This document shows, piece by piece, positions 20,287 through 29,930 of a DNA stretch of 64,000 bases. The first letter of the stretch is position 1. Each line of letters opens with the position of its first letter. Under the pieces are notes generated by a model. The model saw nothing but the letters and a program-made list of their open reading frames with translations, ran no database searches and was not told the origin of the DNA. Both the position numbers and the translations under genes were made by a program. The stretch is from the NCBI GenBank assembly GCA_035291905.1, contig DATDRF010000297.1, forward strand, positions 14 to 64,013, in the 5' to 3' direction. The DNA is from Bacteroidota bacterium (GTDB lineage Bacteria > Bacteroidota > Ignavibacteria > UBA10030).

Positions 20287-21243
20287 CTATTGATTCGAGG
20301 ATTTGAGCTGCTGATGGGTCTCGTCGTGTTGTTCGACCGGCTCGAGGTGGGTGATAATATTGACCGACCCTGAGACAGAAGCCGTGATGGCCGCCTCAAT
20401 TTCCGTTGCCTTCCAGTGAGCATCTTCGATGGTTGTTCCGTTCGGAAAGAGAAGATGAAACTCCACCCACAGCGATGTCCCGGTATTCCGATAGCGTACC
20501 TCATGATAGACAAGGCCGCGTTTAGCCGTTTCGCTGTCAAGAACCTGCTTGATTCGGGATTCAACTTTCGGATTAGCCTCATCCATCAGTCCGCCAACTG
20601 ATTGCCTCACGAGTTTTCCCCCAGACCAGAGGATATTAAGAGCGACCGCGACGGCAATAAGCGGGTCAAAGGGAAGCCAGCTGGTCCAGAGTACAAGGAG
20701 CAGCGCAAGAATGACCGCGAGGCTCGTCCATGCGTCGGTTAGGACGTGTTTGCCGTTGGCGATCAATATGAGGGACCCGGTGCGCTTTCCCTGCCACACC
20801 AGATATGCCCCCAGGCCTGCGTTGATAGCAGCGGCCCCCGCAACAAAGAGAGTTCCCTCCCCAATGTTTTCCAGGACCAACCCAGCGATCCATTTTCGTA
20901 CTGCTTCATAGATAATGACGACAGCCGCAAGAATGATCATCGATCCTTCGAACCCGGCCGAGAAGAACGCAATCCGGTCATGTCCGTAAGGATGGCTCTC
21001 GTCTGCAGGTTTGAAACTGAGCCACATGCTGTATGCAGCAAATGCGACGGCAATGATGTGGACAACCGATTCGGCGGCATCGGAGAGAATGGCGGCGGAC
21101 CCGGTTCGGTGATACGCATACCATTTTCCCGCCAGCATCAGGAATCCGATAGCAAGGGAAAGATTGATGGCTAGCTGCTGGTGATGTACTTCTGGTCGTG
21201 CAGAATGAGGCGCGAGGGAATCCATTACACCTTGACAATCCAA
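20287..21243 (-). CDS. Cation diffusion facilitator (CDF) family metal efflux transporter
   Basis: Six TM helices with an HxxxD-like metal site (SDAAESVVH..., HPYGHDRIA) and a C-terminal cytoplasmic domain. Confidence 0.85.
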   Translation of the reverse strand: MDCQGVMDSLAPHSARPEVHHQQLAINLSLAIGFLMLAGKWYAYHRTGSAAILSDAAESVVHIIAVAFAAYSMWLSFKPADESHPYGHDRIAFFSAGFEGSMIILAAVVIIYEAVRKWIAGLVLENIGEGTLFVAGAAAINAGLGAYLVWQGKRTGSLILIANGKHVLTDAWTSLAVILALLLVLWTSWLPFDPLIAVAVALNILWSGGKLVRQSVGGLMDEANPKVESRIKQVLDSETAKRGLVYHEVRYRNTGTSLWVEFHLLFPNGTTIEDAHWKATEIEAAITASVSGSVNIITHLEPVEQHDETHQQLKSSNQ

Positions 21244-22382
21244 TTTCGTTTATACATCACGTATGCTATGCCGTACAGGACGAGAACATAGAATAACGAA
21301 TGGAGCAAGGAAGTGACCATGGGGGGCCCCAGGGGGAAAAAGAACGTCTGGTAGTACCAGCTCTTCAGGGAAATGAGACCTCCGGTGTCGGTGGAGAACT
21401 TTATCATCGCCGTCATCCGGCCGAAGAATCCCGCAAGGAAGAACATCGTGATCGCATTCAACCCATAGATTGCGAGAGGCTTTGACCACCGGTGTATCCC
21501 GCGGATATCGATCACCCAAAAGAGCACACCGAGGACGTTGTTGGCAAGTCCGGCCATAAAAATGGCGTATGAGCTGGTCCACAAGTTCTTATTGATCGGC
21601 AGCCAGTTATCCATGATGATGCCTGCGAGCATAAGGATGTTTCCGTACACAAACATGCGGATAAGCTTCTCCTCATGGCTTTTCTCCGAGCGCAGAAGTT
21701 GACCGGTAAGGACGCCGAACAATGTTGTTGCGACAGCAGGAAGAGTGCTGAAGATCCCCTCCGGATCGAATCCGGGGACAGGAGCTCCCGCCCACGTATG
21801 GCCGGCAAGAAGAGTCGAGTCCAGATACCAGCAGAGATTTCCGGTCGGCTCAAGAACGCCGGCGCCGTATCCGGGCACGGGAATGATGAGGACTGCAATC
21901 CAATACACCGCCAGAAATGACGCGGTAGCCCATGCCTGAGCCTTCCAACCGGTGTTCAGGACGATGAGGCCGCTGATGAGATAACAAACAGCGATGCGTT
22001 GCAGGACGCCTGGGATACGAATGGTCGAAAATGAGAATTGGTGGCCGAACAACAGCCCGAACGGGACGCCGCTCAGGAAGAGGCCGACAAGAAAGATAAT
22101 CGCCGCCCGGCGAACCACATGCCATCCTAGTTTCCCCAGATCGTCTCCCTTCTCCTTTCGCTTCGCGAACGAGAAAGTCATGGCAACGCCGACTATCCAG
22201 AGGAAGAACGGAAAGATCGTATCAGTGTAGGTCCATCCGTTCCACGCAGCATGACCGAACGGGGGATAAATGTACTTCCAATCACCGGGATTGTTCACCA
22301 GCATCATGCCGGCAATGGTTGCACCGCGAAAAACATCAAGTGAGAGAAGTCGACCGGTTTTCTGAACGGATGGGATAGTCAT
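21225..22382 (-). CDS. Membrane acyltransferase, DUF5009 / HGSNAT-like
   Basis: LSLDVFRGATIAGMMLVNNPG N-terminal signature; multi-pass membrane protein. Confidence 0.5.
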   Translation of the reverse strand: MTIPSVQKTGRLLSLDVFRGATIAGMMLVNNPGDWKYIYPPFGHAAWNGWTYTDTIFPFFLWIVGVAMTFSFAKRKEKGDDLGKLGWHVVRRAAIIFLVGLFLSGVPFGLLFGHQFSFSTIRIPGVLQRIAVCYLISGLIVLNTGWKAQAWATASFLAVYWIAVLIIPVPGYGAGVLEPTGNLCWYLDSTLLAGHTWAGAPVPGFDPEGIFSTLPAVATTLFGVLTGQLLRSEKSHEEKLIRMFVYGNILMLAGIIMDNWLPINKNLWTSSYAIFMAGLANNVLGVLFWVIDIRGIHRWSKPLAIYGLNAITMFFLAGFFGRMTAMIKFSTDTGGLISLKSWYYQTFFFPLGPPMVTSLLHSLFYVLVLYGIAYVMYKRNWIVKV

Positions 22383-22592
22383 GGCAGGGTATGGGATGGA
22401 TGTGACTCAAGGTTCAGGCTGTTTTCATGCTATCCCCACGAAGTACCCGAACGAAAGAACACCACAAGAATCCAGCCTGCGAGGAGAGTCACAACAATGA
22501 GAATTCGTAACTTCTGATCTTCGGTGAGTTTCATCGCGGCATCAAGATAAAAACAATTGACGCGATATGCAAAGCCGCAGGCACCGAAGCAC

Positions 22593-24917
22593 TTATTCAA
22601 GCCGATCGAAGCTCAAATTCAAGATCGGATAGTCTCGCCAGTCCTTGTAATCAAAATGCCACCACTCGAATACGTAGACCCTGAATCCCTGCAGCTCCAT
22701 GGCACGTCTCAGTAATTCGCGGTTCCATCGTTCGAGTGTCGTGCCGCCGGGGTAATCCGGATATGCACGAACAGAGAACTCATCATACCCGCTGACCATT
22801 TCGGCCGGTTTTCCGGTTGCAAGGTCGTAGAGCGTAATATCGGCGGCGCATCCACGATTATGACGCGAACCCACTGATGGGTCGGCAACAAAATCGCGCT
22901 GATGGCGGGGAGTTGCATCCCAGAACATCTTTGTGACGTACCAAGGGCGATAGGCGTCGTGAACGAGAATACCATAGCCGAATTGCCGCAGCCATTGGTG
23001 TGCGCGAACAAGCGCCTCTGCTGCGGGCTCCTGCATGAACGCGCGGGATTCCGCGTAGAACTTCGACTTCATGAAATTATTCGTCGAGGCATAACGGATA
23101 TCAAGACGGATTGTGGAATCAAGCTTCACAAGCTCAGTGAGCTCCGGAGTCCGAAAATCTCCTCGCTCCTTCGGGGGGGAGGCGGCGAGAGCCTCCTTTC
23201 GCAGGAGATCGACGGGCCTCTGAGGAATAATGGTGAATGTATCTGAGCTGCCGGTTTGGCGGCGCCGAAACAACACCCCTGCAGCCAGGACCTCTTTGGC
23301 TGAACCGTCCGCCTGACGATTGAACCGAAGCTGCTCCCCGTGATAGAGTCCGAAATTGGGAAAGGCAAAAACGTCTGCTGAAATCTCCGTGAGCGGATAG
23401 GAAAAGTACCATTCTATCTGTGCATGCAACAGGCCATCGCGTTCATGAATGTAGAGCGTGTTATGGTCCCAGCCGTATTCCCCGATCAGCCCCTGCCATC
23501 GGTCCGGTATTGAGGCAGGCCGGGGGTCAGAGACGCGAAGTAACGTATCTCTCCCGACCACAACACCGTTGTGGATCGGTAAAACCGACAATCCGCGGGC
23601 GAGCTTATCGTCGACAATCAGCGTATTCCCGTGTTGACGAACCGCGAGTGTCGTTGTTCGTCCCTGCATGAGCAGCCTCTCTCCGCGCTCAAAGAATCTT
23701 ACGCCGTAGTCTTTGTTTGCATACTTTCCGGCGAGCTGCCTTCGGAGTTCGGGCTCAACTTCATTCGTAAGGGGGTACTCGGGCAAAGGCTTTCCGGAAG
23801 TACGGGCAAGCAACAGATTCAACGCATAGTCCGCTATTTCCGATGACCAGGCATTCGCCGCGTTCATCGTGTTAACCACAATGACACCTAGCTTCAAATC
23901 GGGCAGTGCGGCGAATTCCGTGGCAAAACCGTACACGTCACCGCTGTGGCTGATATGGCGGTGGTCTTCTTTCCTTCCGATAAAGAATCCCAGGCCGACT
24001 CCCGACTTCTGCCCGGGTGGGGCGAATTGCGGCTGCCACATTGTCTCAAGGGTTTCCTGTTTCAACACCCGCCCGCGGCCGCCCATGCCGCCATTGAACA
24101 ATGTGACCATGAATGCAGCCAAATCCTCCAGTGTGGAGTGCATGTTGATGGCGGGAGCCATTCCAAACTGAAACGTCGGGGCATCGAATGTCCTACCGTC
24201 GTATGTCCACATGAACGCACGCGGTCTTCGTTTGAGCAGATCCGGCTTCGCTTCGAATGAGCTGTTGGTCATTCCCATCGGGAGGAAGAGGTTTTCTTCG
24301 ATCACGCGGTAGAACGGCTGGTGAAGCGCTTCTCCAAGTGCGGCGCCGACAACGGCAACACCTGCATTGGAATATTTGATTCTCGTCTCGGGAGAATAGA
24401 CGAGCGTGGTGTTGTTGAGGCTGGCAACCGTCTGTTCAAGAGAGGGCTCGGTTGGATCGAAGTAGTTGCCGGAAGGAGGTTCCCTTACCAGGCCCGCCCG
24501 GTGGGACATGAGCTGACGCAGTGTGATCTTCTTATCAAAGGGATTGCGGGGTTGAAAATTGGGAAGATATGCGGTAATCGGGGCGTCAAGATCGAGAACT
24601 CCCCGTTCAACCTGCTGCATGACGGCCACGTCAGTGAAGAGCTTGGAGACAGATGCAATGCGTAGAACATCTCTCGTTGTTGCAGGGATCTTCCGATCCG
24701 GGTCGGCATACCCGAATGCTTGTGACCAGAGGATGACATCCTTTTCAATCAGTGCAATGTAAACAGACGGGAGCTGCTTCTGCGCGATTTCATGCCTGAT
24801 GACCTTCGTGAGGGCAGATGAGATTGCTTCAACCGATTGCCGGCTCAGCAGAGGCTGAAGAAAAAGTACTCCAACGAACAGCAGGTGTGCCACATGACGC
24901 GGTTTCATTCCGATCAT
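22593..24917 (-). CDS. Secreted fusion protein: serine beta-lactamase / DD-peptidase-like domain fused to a C-terminal VanX/DdpX-type D-Ala-D-Ala dipeptidase (M15D)
   Basis: Signal peptide. SxxK motif ASVSKLF in the N-terminal half. The C-terminal SRHNRGCAADITLY ... EWWHFDY is closely similar to VanX SRHSRGSAIDLTLY ... EWWHY. Confidence 0.8.
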   Translation of the reverse strand: MIGMKPRHVAHLLFVGVLFLQPLLSRQSVEAISSALTKVIRHEIAQKQLPSVYIALIEKDVILWSQAFGYADPDRKIPATTRDVLRIASVSKLFTDVAVMQQVERGVLDLDAPITAYLPNFQPRNPFDKKITLRQLMSHRAGLVREPPSGNYFDPTEPSLEQTVASLNNTTLVYSPETRIKYSNAGVAVVGAALGEALHQPFYRVIEENLFLPMGMTNSSFEAKPDLLKRRPRAFMWTYDGRTFDAPTFQFGMAPAINMHSTLEDLAAFMVTLFNGGMGGRGRVLKQETLETMWQPQFAPPGQKSGVGLGFFIGRKEDHRHISHSGDVYGFATEFAALPDLKLGVIVVNTMNAANAWSSEIADYALNLLLARTSGKPLPEYPLTNEVEPELRRQLAGKYANKDYGVRFFERGERLLMQGRTTTLAVRQHGNTLIVDDKLARGLSVLPIHNGVVVGRDTLLRVSDPRPASIPDRWQGLIGEYGWDHNTLYIHERDGLLHAQIEWYFSYPLTEISADVFAFPNFGLYHGEQLRFNRQADGSAKEVLAAGVLFRRRQTGSSDTFTIIPQRPVDLLRKEALAASPPKERGDFRTPELTELVKLDSTIRLDIRYASTNNFMKSKFYAESRAFMQEPAAEALVRAHQWLRQFGYGILVHDAYRPWYVTKMFWDATPRHQRDFVADPSVGSRHNRGCAADITLYDLATGKPAEMVSGYDEFSVRAYPDYPGGTTLERWNRELLRRAMELQGFRVYVFEWWHFDYKDWRDYPILNLSFDRLE

Positions 24918-25092
24918 CCGAGGTCTCCTTCAGGCTTTATGCGATGGTGTATCTACCGTCTTTGCCAAAGGGAAGATAGCAAGCGGGAATATAAGAACCA
25001 AAAATCGTTTCAGAATGGCATGAGAAAAAGATGGCGCTATGTGGCAAAAGAATTTCCTGCTATATTTGAGTCGCAAGCGGAGAATATCGGCT

Positions 25093-26898
25093 ATGGTCAA
25101 AACCATTCTTACGCTCATCGTCTTCCTTCAGATGAGTTATGCTCAGAAGTTCCTCGTCAGTGACGGACAATTCCATCTCAACGGAAAACCATTCAGAATC
25201 TTCTCGGGAGAGATGCACTATACGAGAATACCTCAGGCCTACTGGCGTGATCGGATGCTCAAAGCCAAATCGATGGGCCTCAACACAATCTGCACCTATG
25301 TATTCTGGAATGTCCACGAACCGACTCGGGGAGAGTTCACGTTTGAAGGAAACCTCGACATTCGAAAGTTCATACAGACGGCTCAAGAAACGGGTTTGTA
25401 CGTTCTCTTGCGTCCGGGGCCCTATGTCTGTTCCGAATGGGATTTTGGAGGATTGCCGGCGTGGCTCCTCAAAGATCCGGAGATGAAAATCCGCTGCCTC
25501 TACCCTCAATACTGGGAGCCCGCAAAGACGTATCTTGAGAGGTTGGGACGTGAACTGCAGGGATTGAGTATTGAGAATGGCGGGCCGATCATCGCCGTTC
25601 AGGTTGAAAATGAGTATGGGAGCTACGGAAACGACAAAGAATATCTGCGTCAGCTCAGGAACACCCTCCGTCACTCCGGTTTTGACTGCCTGCTTTACAC
25701 ATCCGACGGCCCAAACCGCACGATGCTTGAAGCGGGAACGCTTGAAGATGTTCTTCCCACCGTCAATTTCTCCTCCGATCCTGAAGGTCAGTTCAAGCAT
25801 CTCGAACAATTCCGCCAGAACATCCCTCATATGAATGGAGAATTCTGGAGCGGCTGGTTTACGCAATGGGGACACGAGAAGTGGGGCGGGCAGGATTTGA
25901 AGAAGCAACGGGAAGACGTATGCTGGATGCTTGAAAACGGCAAGTCCATCAATTTCTATATGTTCCACGGCGGGACAAACTTCGGTTTTACGGCAGGAGC
26001 GAACTGGTACAACGGAAGGTACTGGGCCGACATCACAAGCTACGACTACGGTGCGCCGTTGACGGAAGACGGAAGGCCGACGGAGGCTTTCTTTGCATTC
26101 CGCGATCTCCTGAAGCAGCATCAACTTCCCGGGACGGCACTTCCCGATTTGCCCGCGCCGGTCAAAAGGATCGCGGTTTCCGATATTCGACTCACGAAGC
26201 GTGCCGGTCTGTTTGAAAACCTCCCCGGGCCAGTTACTTCGGTTCAACCGCGCCCGATGGAGGCATACGGGCAGAATTTCGGGTTCATCCTCTACAGAAC
26301 GACGATCACGGGATCAGGAGGAAAACTCAAAATAACCGCACTGAACGACTATGCTCAGGTCTTTGTGGACGGGAAGCTCATCGGGTCAATGGATCGTCGA
26401 TTCGGCCAGGATACCATTACTGTTCCTTCGGGAGCTGCGGAGAAACGCGTCCTCGACATTCTGGTGGAGAATCTCGGCAGAATCAATTTTTCAGCGTACA
26501 TGATTGACCGGAAGGGGATCACTGAACGCGTCACCCTTGACTGGATTACTCTCATGGATTGGGAGGTCTATAATCTGCCGATGGAACCCAACGACATGAA
26601 GCAGCTCAGGTTTTCAGAGGGGAGGACAACGGAAGGGCCAATGTTCTTCAAAGGGACTTTTCGGCTGGGTGAGAGAGGAGACACATTTCTTGATATGCGG
26701 AAATGGAGAAAGGGGGTTGTCTGGGTCAACGGGCACAATCTTGGAAGATATTGGAAAGCCGCGGGGCCGCAATATGATCTGTATCTTCCTGGTGCGTGGC
26801 TGAAAGAGGGGGAGAACGAGATCGTCGTTTTCGACCTCGAGCTCGCAGACCCGGCTCCCCTGAAAGGCGAGAGCGAGCGTCGCACCGGCGGAGATTAG
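25093..26898 (+). CDS. Glycoside hydrolase family 35 beta-galactosidase (secreted)
   Basis: GH35 catalytic region (...VENEYGSYG... acid/base Glu, ...GGTNFGF...). The signal peptide starts at MVKTIL (about 25093). Confidence 0.85.
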   Translation: MVKTILTLIVFLQMSYAQKFLVSDGQFHLNGKPFRIFSGEMHYTRIPQAYWRDRMLKAKSMGLNTICTYVFWNVHEPTRGEFTFEGNLDIRKFIQTAQETGLYVLLRPGPYVCSEWDFGGLPAWLLKDPEMKIRCLYPQYWEPAKTYLERLGRELQGLSIENGGPIIAVQVENEYGSYGNDKEYLRQLRNTLRHSGFDCLLYTSDGPNRTMLEAGTLEDVLPTVNFSSDPEGQFKHLEQFRQNIPHMNGEFWSGWFTQWGHEKWGGQDLKKQREDVCWMLENGKSINFYMFHGGTNFGFTAGANWYNGRYWADITSYDYGAPLTEDGRPTEAFFAFRDLLKQHQLPGTALPDLPAPVKRIAVSDIRLTKRAGLFENLPGPVTSVQPRPMEAYGQNFGFILYRTTITGSGGKLKITALNDYAQVFVDGKLIGSMDRRFGQDTITVPSGAAEKRVLDILVENLGRINFSAYMIDRKGITERVTLDWITLMDWEVYNLPMEPNDMKQLRFSEGRTTEGPMFFKGTFRLGERGDTFLDMRKWRKGVVWVNGHNLGRYWKAAGPQYDLYLPGAWLKEGENEIVVFDLELADPAPLKGESERRTGGD

Positions 26899-27725
26899 TC
26901 TCCTTTGAGCACTTCTTTCATTCTCGCGAGGAGCGGCCCGATTTCCCTCCCCCAGAGCTTCCAATTGTGTGCGCCGGGCACTTCATGATACTCGTGTTTT
27001 GCCCTGTACACTCTCAGAGAATCCGTCAAAGCCCGGTGAGCAGGGAGAAAGGTGGTAAATCCGTCGTTCGTTCCAATTACAAAATAGAGGTACGGGAGGG
27101 AATCGGCGGGGACGCCCTTGTACAAGATAAAGGGGTCATGGCGGTCGCGACGCGATTTCTCTTCCCCAAAAACCACTTTCAAATTCTTTAATCCGCGTTC
27201 GGCTCTGTACGGCTCCGGGAACTCAATACCTCCCGGGATTGACAGTGCACCACTCAGGCTCCCTGCGAAACGAAACTGCTTCGGATGTCGCAGACTCATC
27301 ATGATTGCACCGTAGCCCCCCATCGATAAGCCCGCAATCGCCCGTCGCGTGGTGTCGACGGCAAACCGTCCTTCCACGTGCGTGGGATAATCACAAACGA
27401 TCAAGTCTTCGTACCGTTTACCAGGCTCCCCCGCGGAGTTGACGTACCATGAGTTTGCCCCATCCGGCATAATGATGATGACTCCCAGTCGCTCGCCGTA
27501 CGACGCGAGGTCGGTCAAATCGGTCCAGTTTCTGTGATCTCCTCCATAACCGTGGAGAAGGTAGAGGACAGGATATGAACGCAGAGTGTCATAATGTTCA
27601 GGCAGGAGATATGAGTAACGCGTGGTCGATCCGATGCTCGGAGCGTAAAAACTGTCGACTTTGGCTGTTTGTCCGGAGACCCGGCATGGAAGAACCAAAG
27701 AGAAGAGCAGAAGGGTACGGATCAT
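26895..27725 (-). CDS. Esterase (alpha/beta hydrolase, esterase-D / putative-esterase family)
   Basis: Signal peptide. GLSMGG nucleophile elbow. LLHGYGGDHRNW motif. Confidence 0.75.
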   Translation of the reverse strand: MIRTLLLFSLVLPCRVSGQTAKVDSFYAPSIGSTTRYSYLLPEHYDTLRSYPVLYLLHGYGGDHRNWTDLTDLASYGERLGVIIIMPDGANSWYVNSAGEPGKRYEDLIVCDYPTHVEGRFAVDTTRRAIAGLSMGGYGAIMMSLRHPKQFRFAGSLSGALSIPGGIEFPEPYRAERGLKNLKVVFGEEKSRRDRHDPFILYKGVPADSLPYLYFVIGTNDGFTTFLPAHRALTDSLRVYRAKHEYHEVPGAHNWKLWGREIGPLLARMKEVLKGD

Positions 27726-27746
27726 GGGAATCTCCCAAAGGATTGA

Positions 27747-29900
27747 TCAGACCATTGCGAATCGCTTACGGAGAAACCACTCAATCGCAAACAGCACGAG
27801 CAGAAAAACCATGCTCCATTGGGCATTCCACAATTCAATCTCCGAAGATCGAACAATCTCCCGGCTCCGAAATCCCGGCGTTGACTGGATTGCTTCGGGC
27901 AGGCGATTGAGTTGGCCCGGTTCGATGTGCATGCCACCGCTCAGCGCTGCGAGCTGCCGAAGGACCAGCGGGCGGGCACTCGTCTCAAGAAACTCGACAG
28001 CAACGTCTCCAACCGAAAATGAACCGGCGTCCCTGCCGAGGGTTGCTCCATTACGCTCAACGACAGCAGCGAAGGAATAATCACCGGCAGGCAGGTGGTC
28101 CCACCGTCCAACGTACTGGCCATTTCCAAGCGATGAGAGCTCAAGTTCCTCCTTTTGGCCGCCGCCCTGCACCGAGAGACTGACTCGGGCGTTGTCAACA
28201 GGTTGGAATGAATCATCATAGACCTGACCGACGAATTCTATCGGATCCCTGCTCGAGAAGAACTCAAGAGCGGGCGACACTCTTACCTTTCTGTCATCAT
28301 CCCTCGTTGTGAGCCATCGAATGCTGTTGCCGATGAATTCGTCAAGAGCATCATTCTGCTGTTTGCCGCCCAACAGTTTCCATCGCCAGAGGCCGTACGT
28401 CATGGCGGCAAGCGATTTCCGCCCGGCGGCGCTGCGTATGGAGACGGCAGGGAAATTAGTTGTGATATTCTGTATTCGGGAAAAAGCGAGGACTTGCGCT
28501 TCGGGTTTCGCCCGCACCTCATGTTGTTGTTGAAAAACAGGCGGAAGTGACGGCCAGAGATCATCTGCCGGCACGCCGCTCCGAAGGATGACATGCCCTT
28601 TCTGGTTCTCGGAAATCTGAAGAAAGCATTGGACCTCATTGGGAAGCCTCTCGCGCACCGTGACAGGAAGAACGGGTTCGAGCTCTGTCAGAAGCTGCAC
28701 ATCGAGCAGCCGGCCCGCGAGGAAGAAGATCGGGAGTCCATTTCGGGCCGCCTCGACAATGATTCTCAGATTGGCAGGGGAAGTTCCTGAACGCGGAATT
28801 CCAAGAAGGACAAGACAATCCTGATCCTTGAGAGTCTGAGCGTTGAACGGCAGAGGCCGGATGTCACCGTTTTTTTGTTCGATCAGGGTTGTGACCTCCA
28901 GGTTGGGGTCGCGTTCCAGGGTTCGCCTGAAGAACGCAAGATCTGCACTTGGCCCGCCTGCGAGGATGGCAATTTTCATCCTGCTTTTCATCACCTTGGT
29001 GAAGAATGTCGCGCGGTTGTTCCGATCCGTAAGCTCATCGGGAAGGCTGGAGACCGCAACCCAAAGCCGCTGCATGCCGGGTTTTTCAGGAATGAAGCTC
29101 AGGCTCACCGGGTACTCGCGCTCCCCGCCCTCCAGAGTGAGAAATTGTCGGTCGATCACCTTCGATGAATCACGCAATGTGATCTCCACGCGCTGGCCGC
29201 CATATCCGGTGCTTTTGATCGCGACGTTTACGGGGACGCGCGTACCGGCATACGTGAGTGTATTTGTCAACACGGTGCGGACCAGAAGATCACGCTGCCC
29301 CGTAGTGTCGCCAACGGCGATGGTGAAGAGCGGAATCCCGAGGTCACCCGCCTCAAACAGGGGACTTGAGCCTGACGTGTTATTCCCATCTGAGATAATC
29401 AAGGCGCTTCGAATATTGCTTTTTCGGGCTTCCTCTCTGACCTGTTTGAGAGCAAGCGAGAGATCCGTTGCATCGCCGTTGAACGTCAGCGAGTCATAGG
29501 CGAAGGTTGAGAACATGCGCGCCTTTGAATCGAATGAGGCAAAACGGACTTCGCCGATTTCAGCAAGCCGGCGGATCTCATTGGACGCGAGAAGAGAACG
29601 GATCTCGTCCGAGCGAACTTTTTCCTTATCCGTGATGGTCATGCTCCGCGAGTTGTCGATAAGCACGAGAATCTGAGGGGGCTCATCCGTTCGCGAGAGA
29701 AGGGAGAGCAACGGTTCAGCAATAAGGAGGATGAGAAAGAATAGTCCGACAGCCCGAAGTGTTGCGAGAAGAAAGCGAATTCGGCCGGGGATCGGCGGAA
29801 TGGTCATGCGGTAGACAAAAAAAGAGAGGGCGATTGAAAGGAGTGCCGCGAGAAGAAGAACGAAGGTGCTAAGAGAGATGGAAAGGGAGAACTCTGGCAT
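27747..29900 (-). CDS. BatA-like membrane protein with vWA domain and a long C-terminal extension (717 aa)
   Basis: Two N-terminal TM helices, then vWA MIDAS DxSxS (LIDNSRSM). The C-terminal half is uncharacterised. Confidence 0.55.
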   Translation of the reverse strand: MPEFSLSISLSTFVLLLAALLSIALSFFVYRMTIPPIPGRIRFLLATLRAVGLFFLILLIAEPLLSLLSRTDEPPQILVLIDNSRSMTITDKEKVRSDEIRSLLASNEIRRLAEIGEVRFASFDSKARMFSTFAYDSLTFNGDATDLSLALKQVREEARKSNIRSALIISDGNNTSGSSPLFEAGDLGIPLFTIAVGDTTGQRDLLVRTVLTNTLTYAGTRVPVNVAIKSTGYGGQRVEITLRDSSKVIDRQFLTLEGGEREYPVSLSFIPEKPGMQRLWVAVSSLPDELTDRNNRATFFTKVMKSRMKIAILAGGPSADLAFFRRTLERDPNLEVTTLIEQKNGDIRPLPFNAQTLKDQDCLVLLGIPRSGTSPANLRIIVEAARNGLPIFFLAGRLLDVQLLTELEPVLPVTVRERLPNEVQCFLQISENQKGHVILRSGVPADDLWPSLPPVFQQQHEVRAKPEAQVLAFSRIQNITTNFPAVSIRSAAGRKSLAAMTYGLWRWKLLGGKQQNDALDEFIGNSIRWLTTRDDDRKVRVSPALEFFSSRDPIEFVGQVYDDSFQPVDNARVSLSVQGGGQKEELELSSLGNGQYVGRWDHLPAGDYSFAAVVERNGATLGRDAGSFSVGDVAVEFLETSARPLVLRQLAALSGGMHIEPGQLNRLPEAIQSTPGFRSREIVRSSEIELWNAQWSMVFLLVLFAIEWFLRKRFAMV

Positions 29901-29930
29901 AACACCGTCAATGGCCTTGAGGCCGACTGG

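Noticed and set aside
22443-22541. Possible 33-aa hydrophobic micro-ORF (MKLTEDQKLRILIVVTLLAGWILVVFF...) upstream of the membrane acyltransferase on the minus strand
   Set aside because: It is too short and has no recognisable RBS evidence or conservation that I can assess. It is noted only as a possibility.
25060-26247. 395-aa antisense ORF inside the GH35 gene, and similar large antisense ORFs (4062..4877, 11903..12565, 28843..29499, 34963..35748, 40605..41450, 47497..48324, 56589..57263)
   Set aside because: They are fully contained in well-supported genes on the opposite strand and show no domain signatures.
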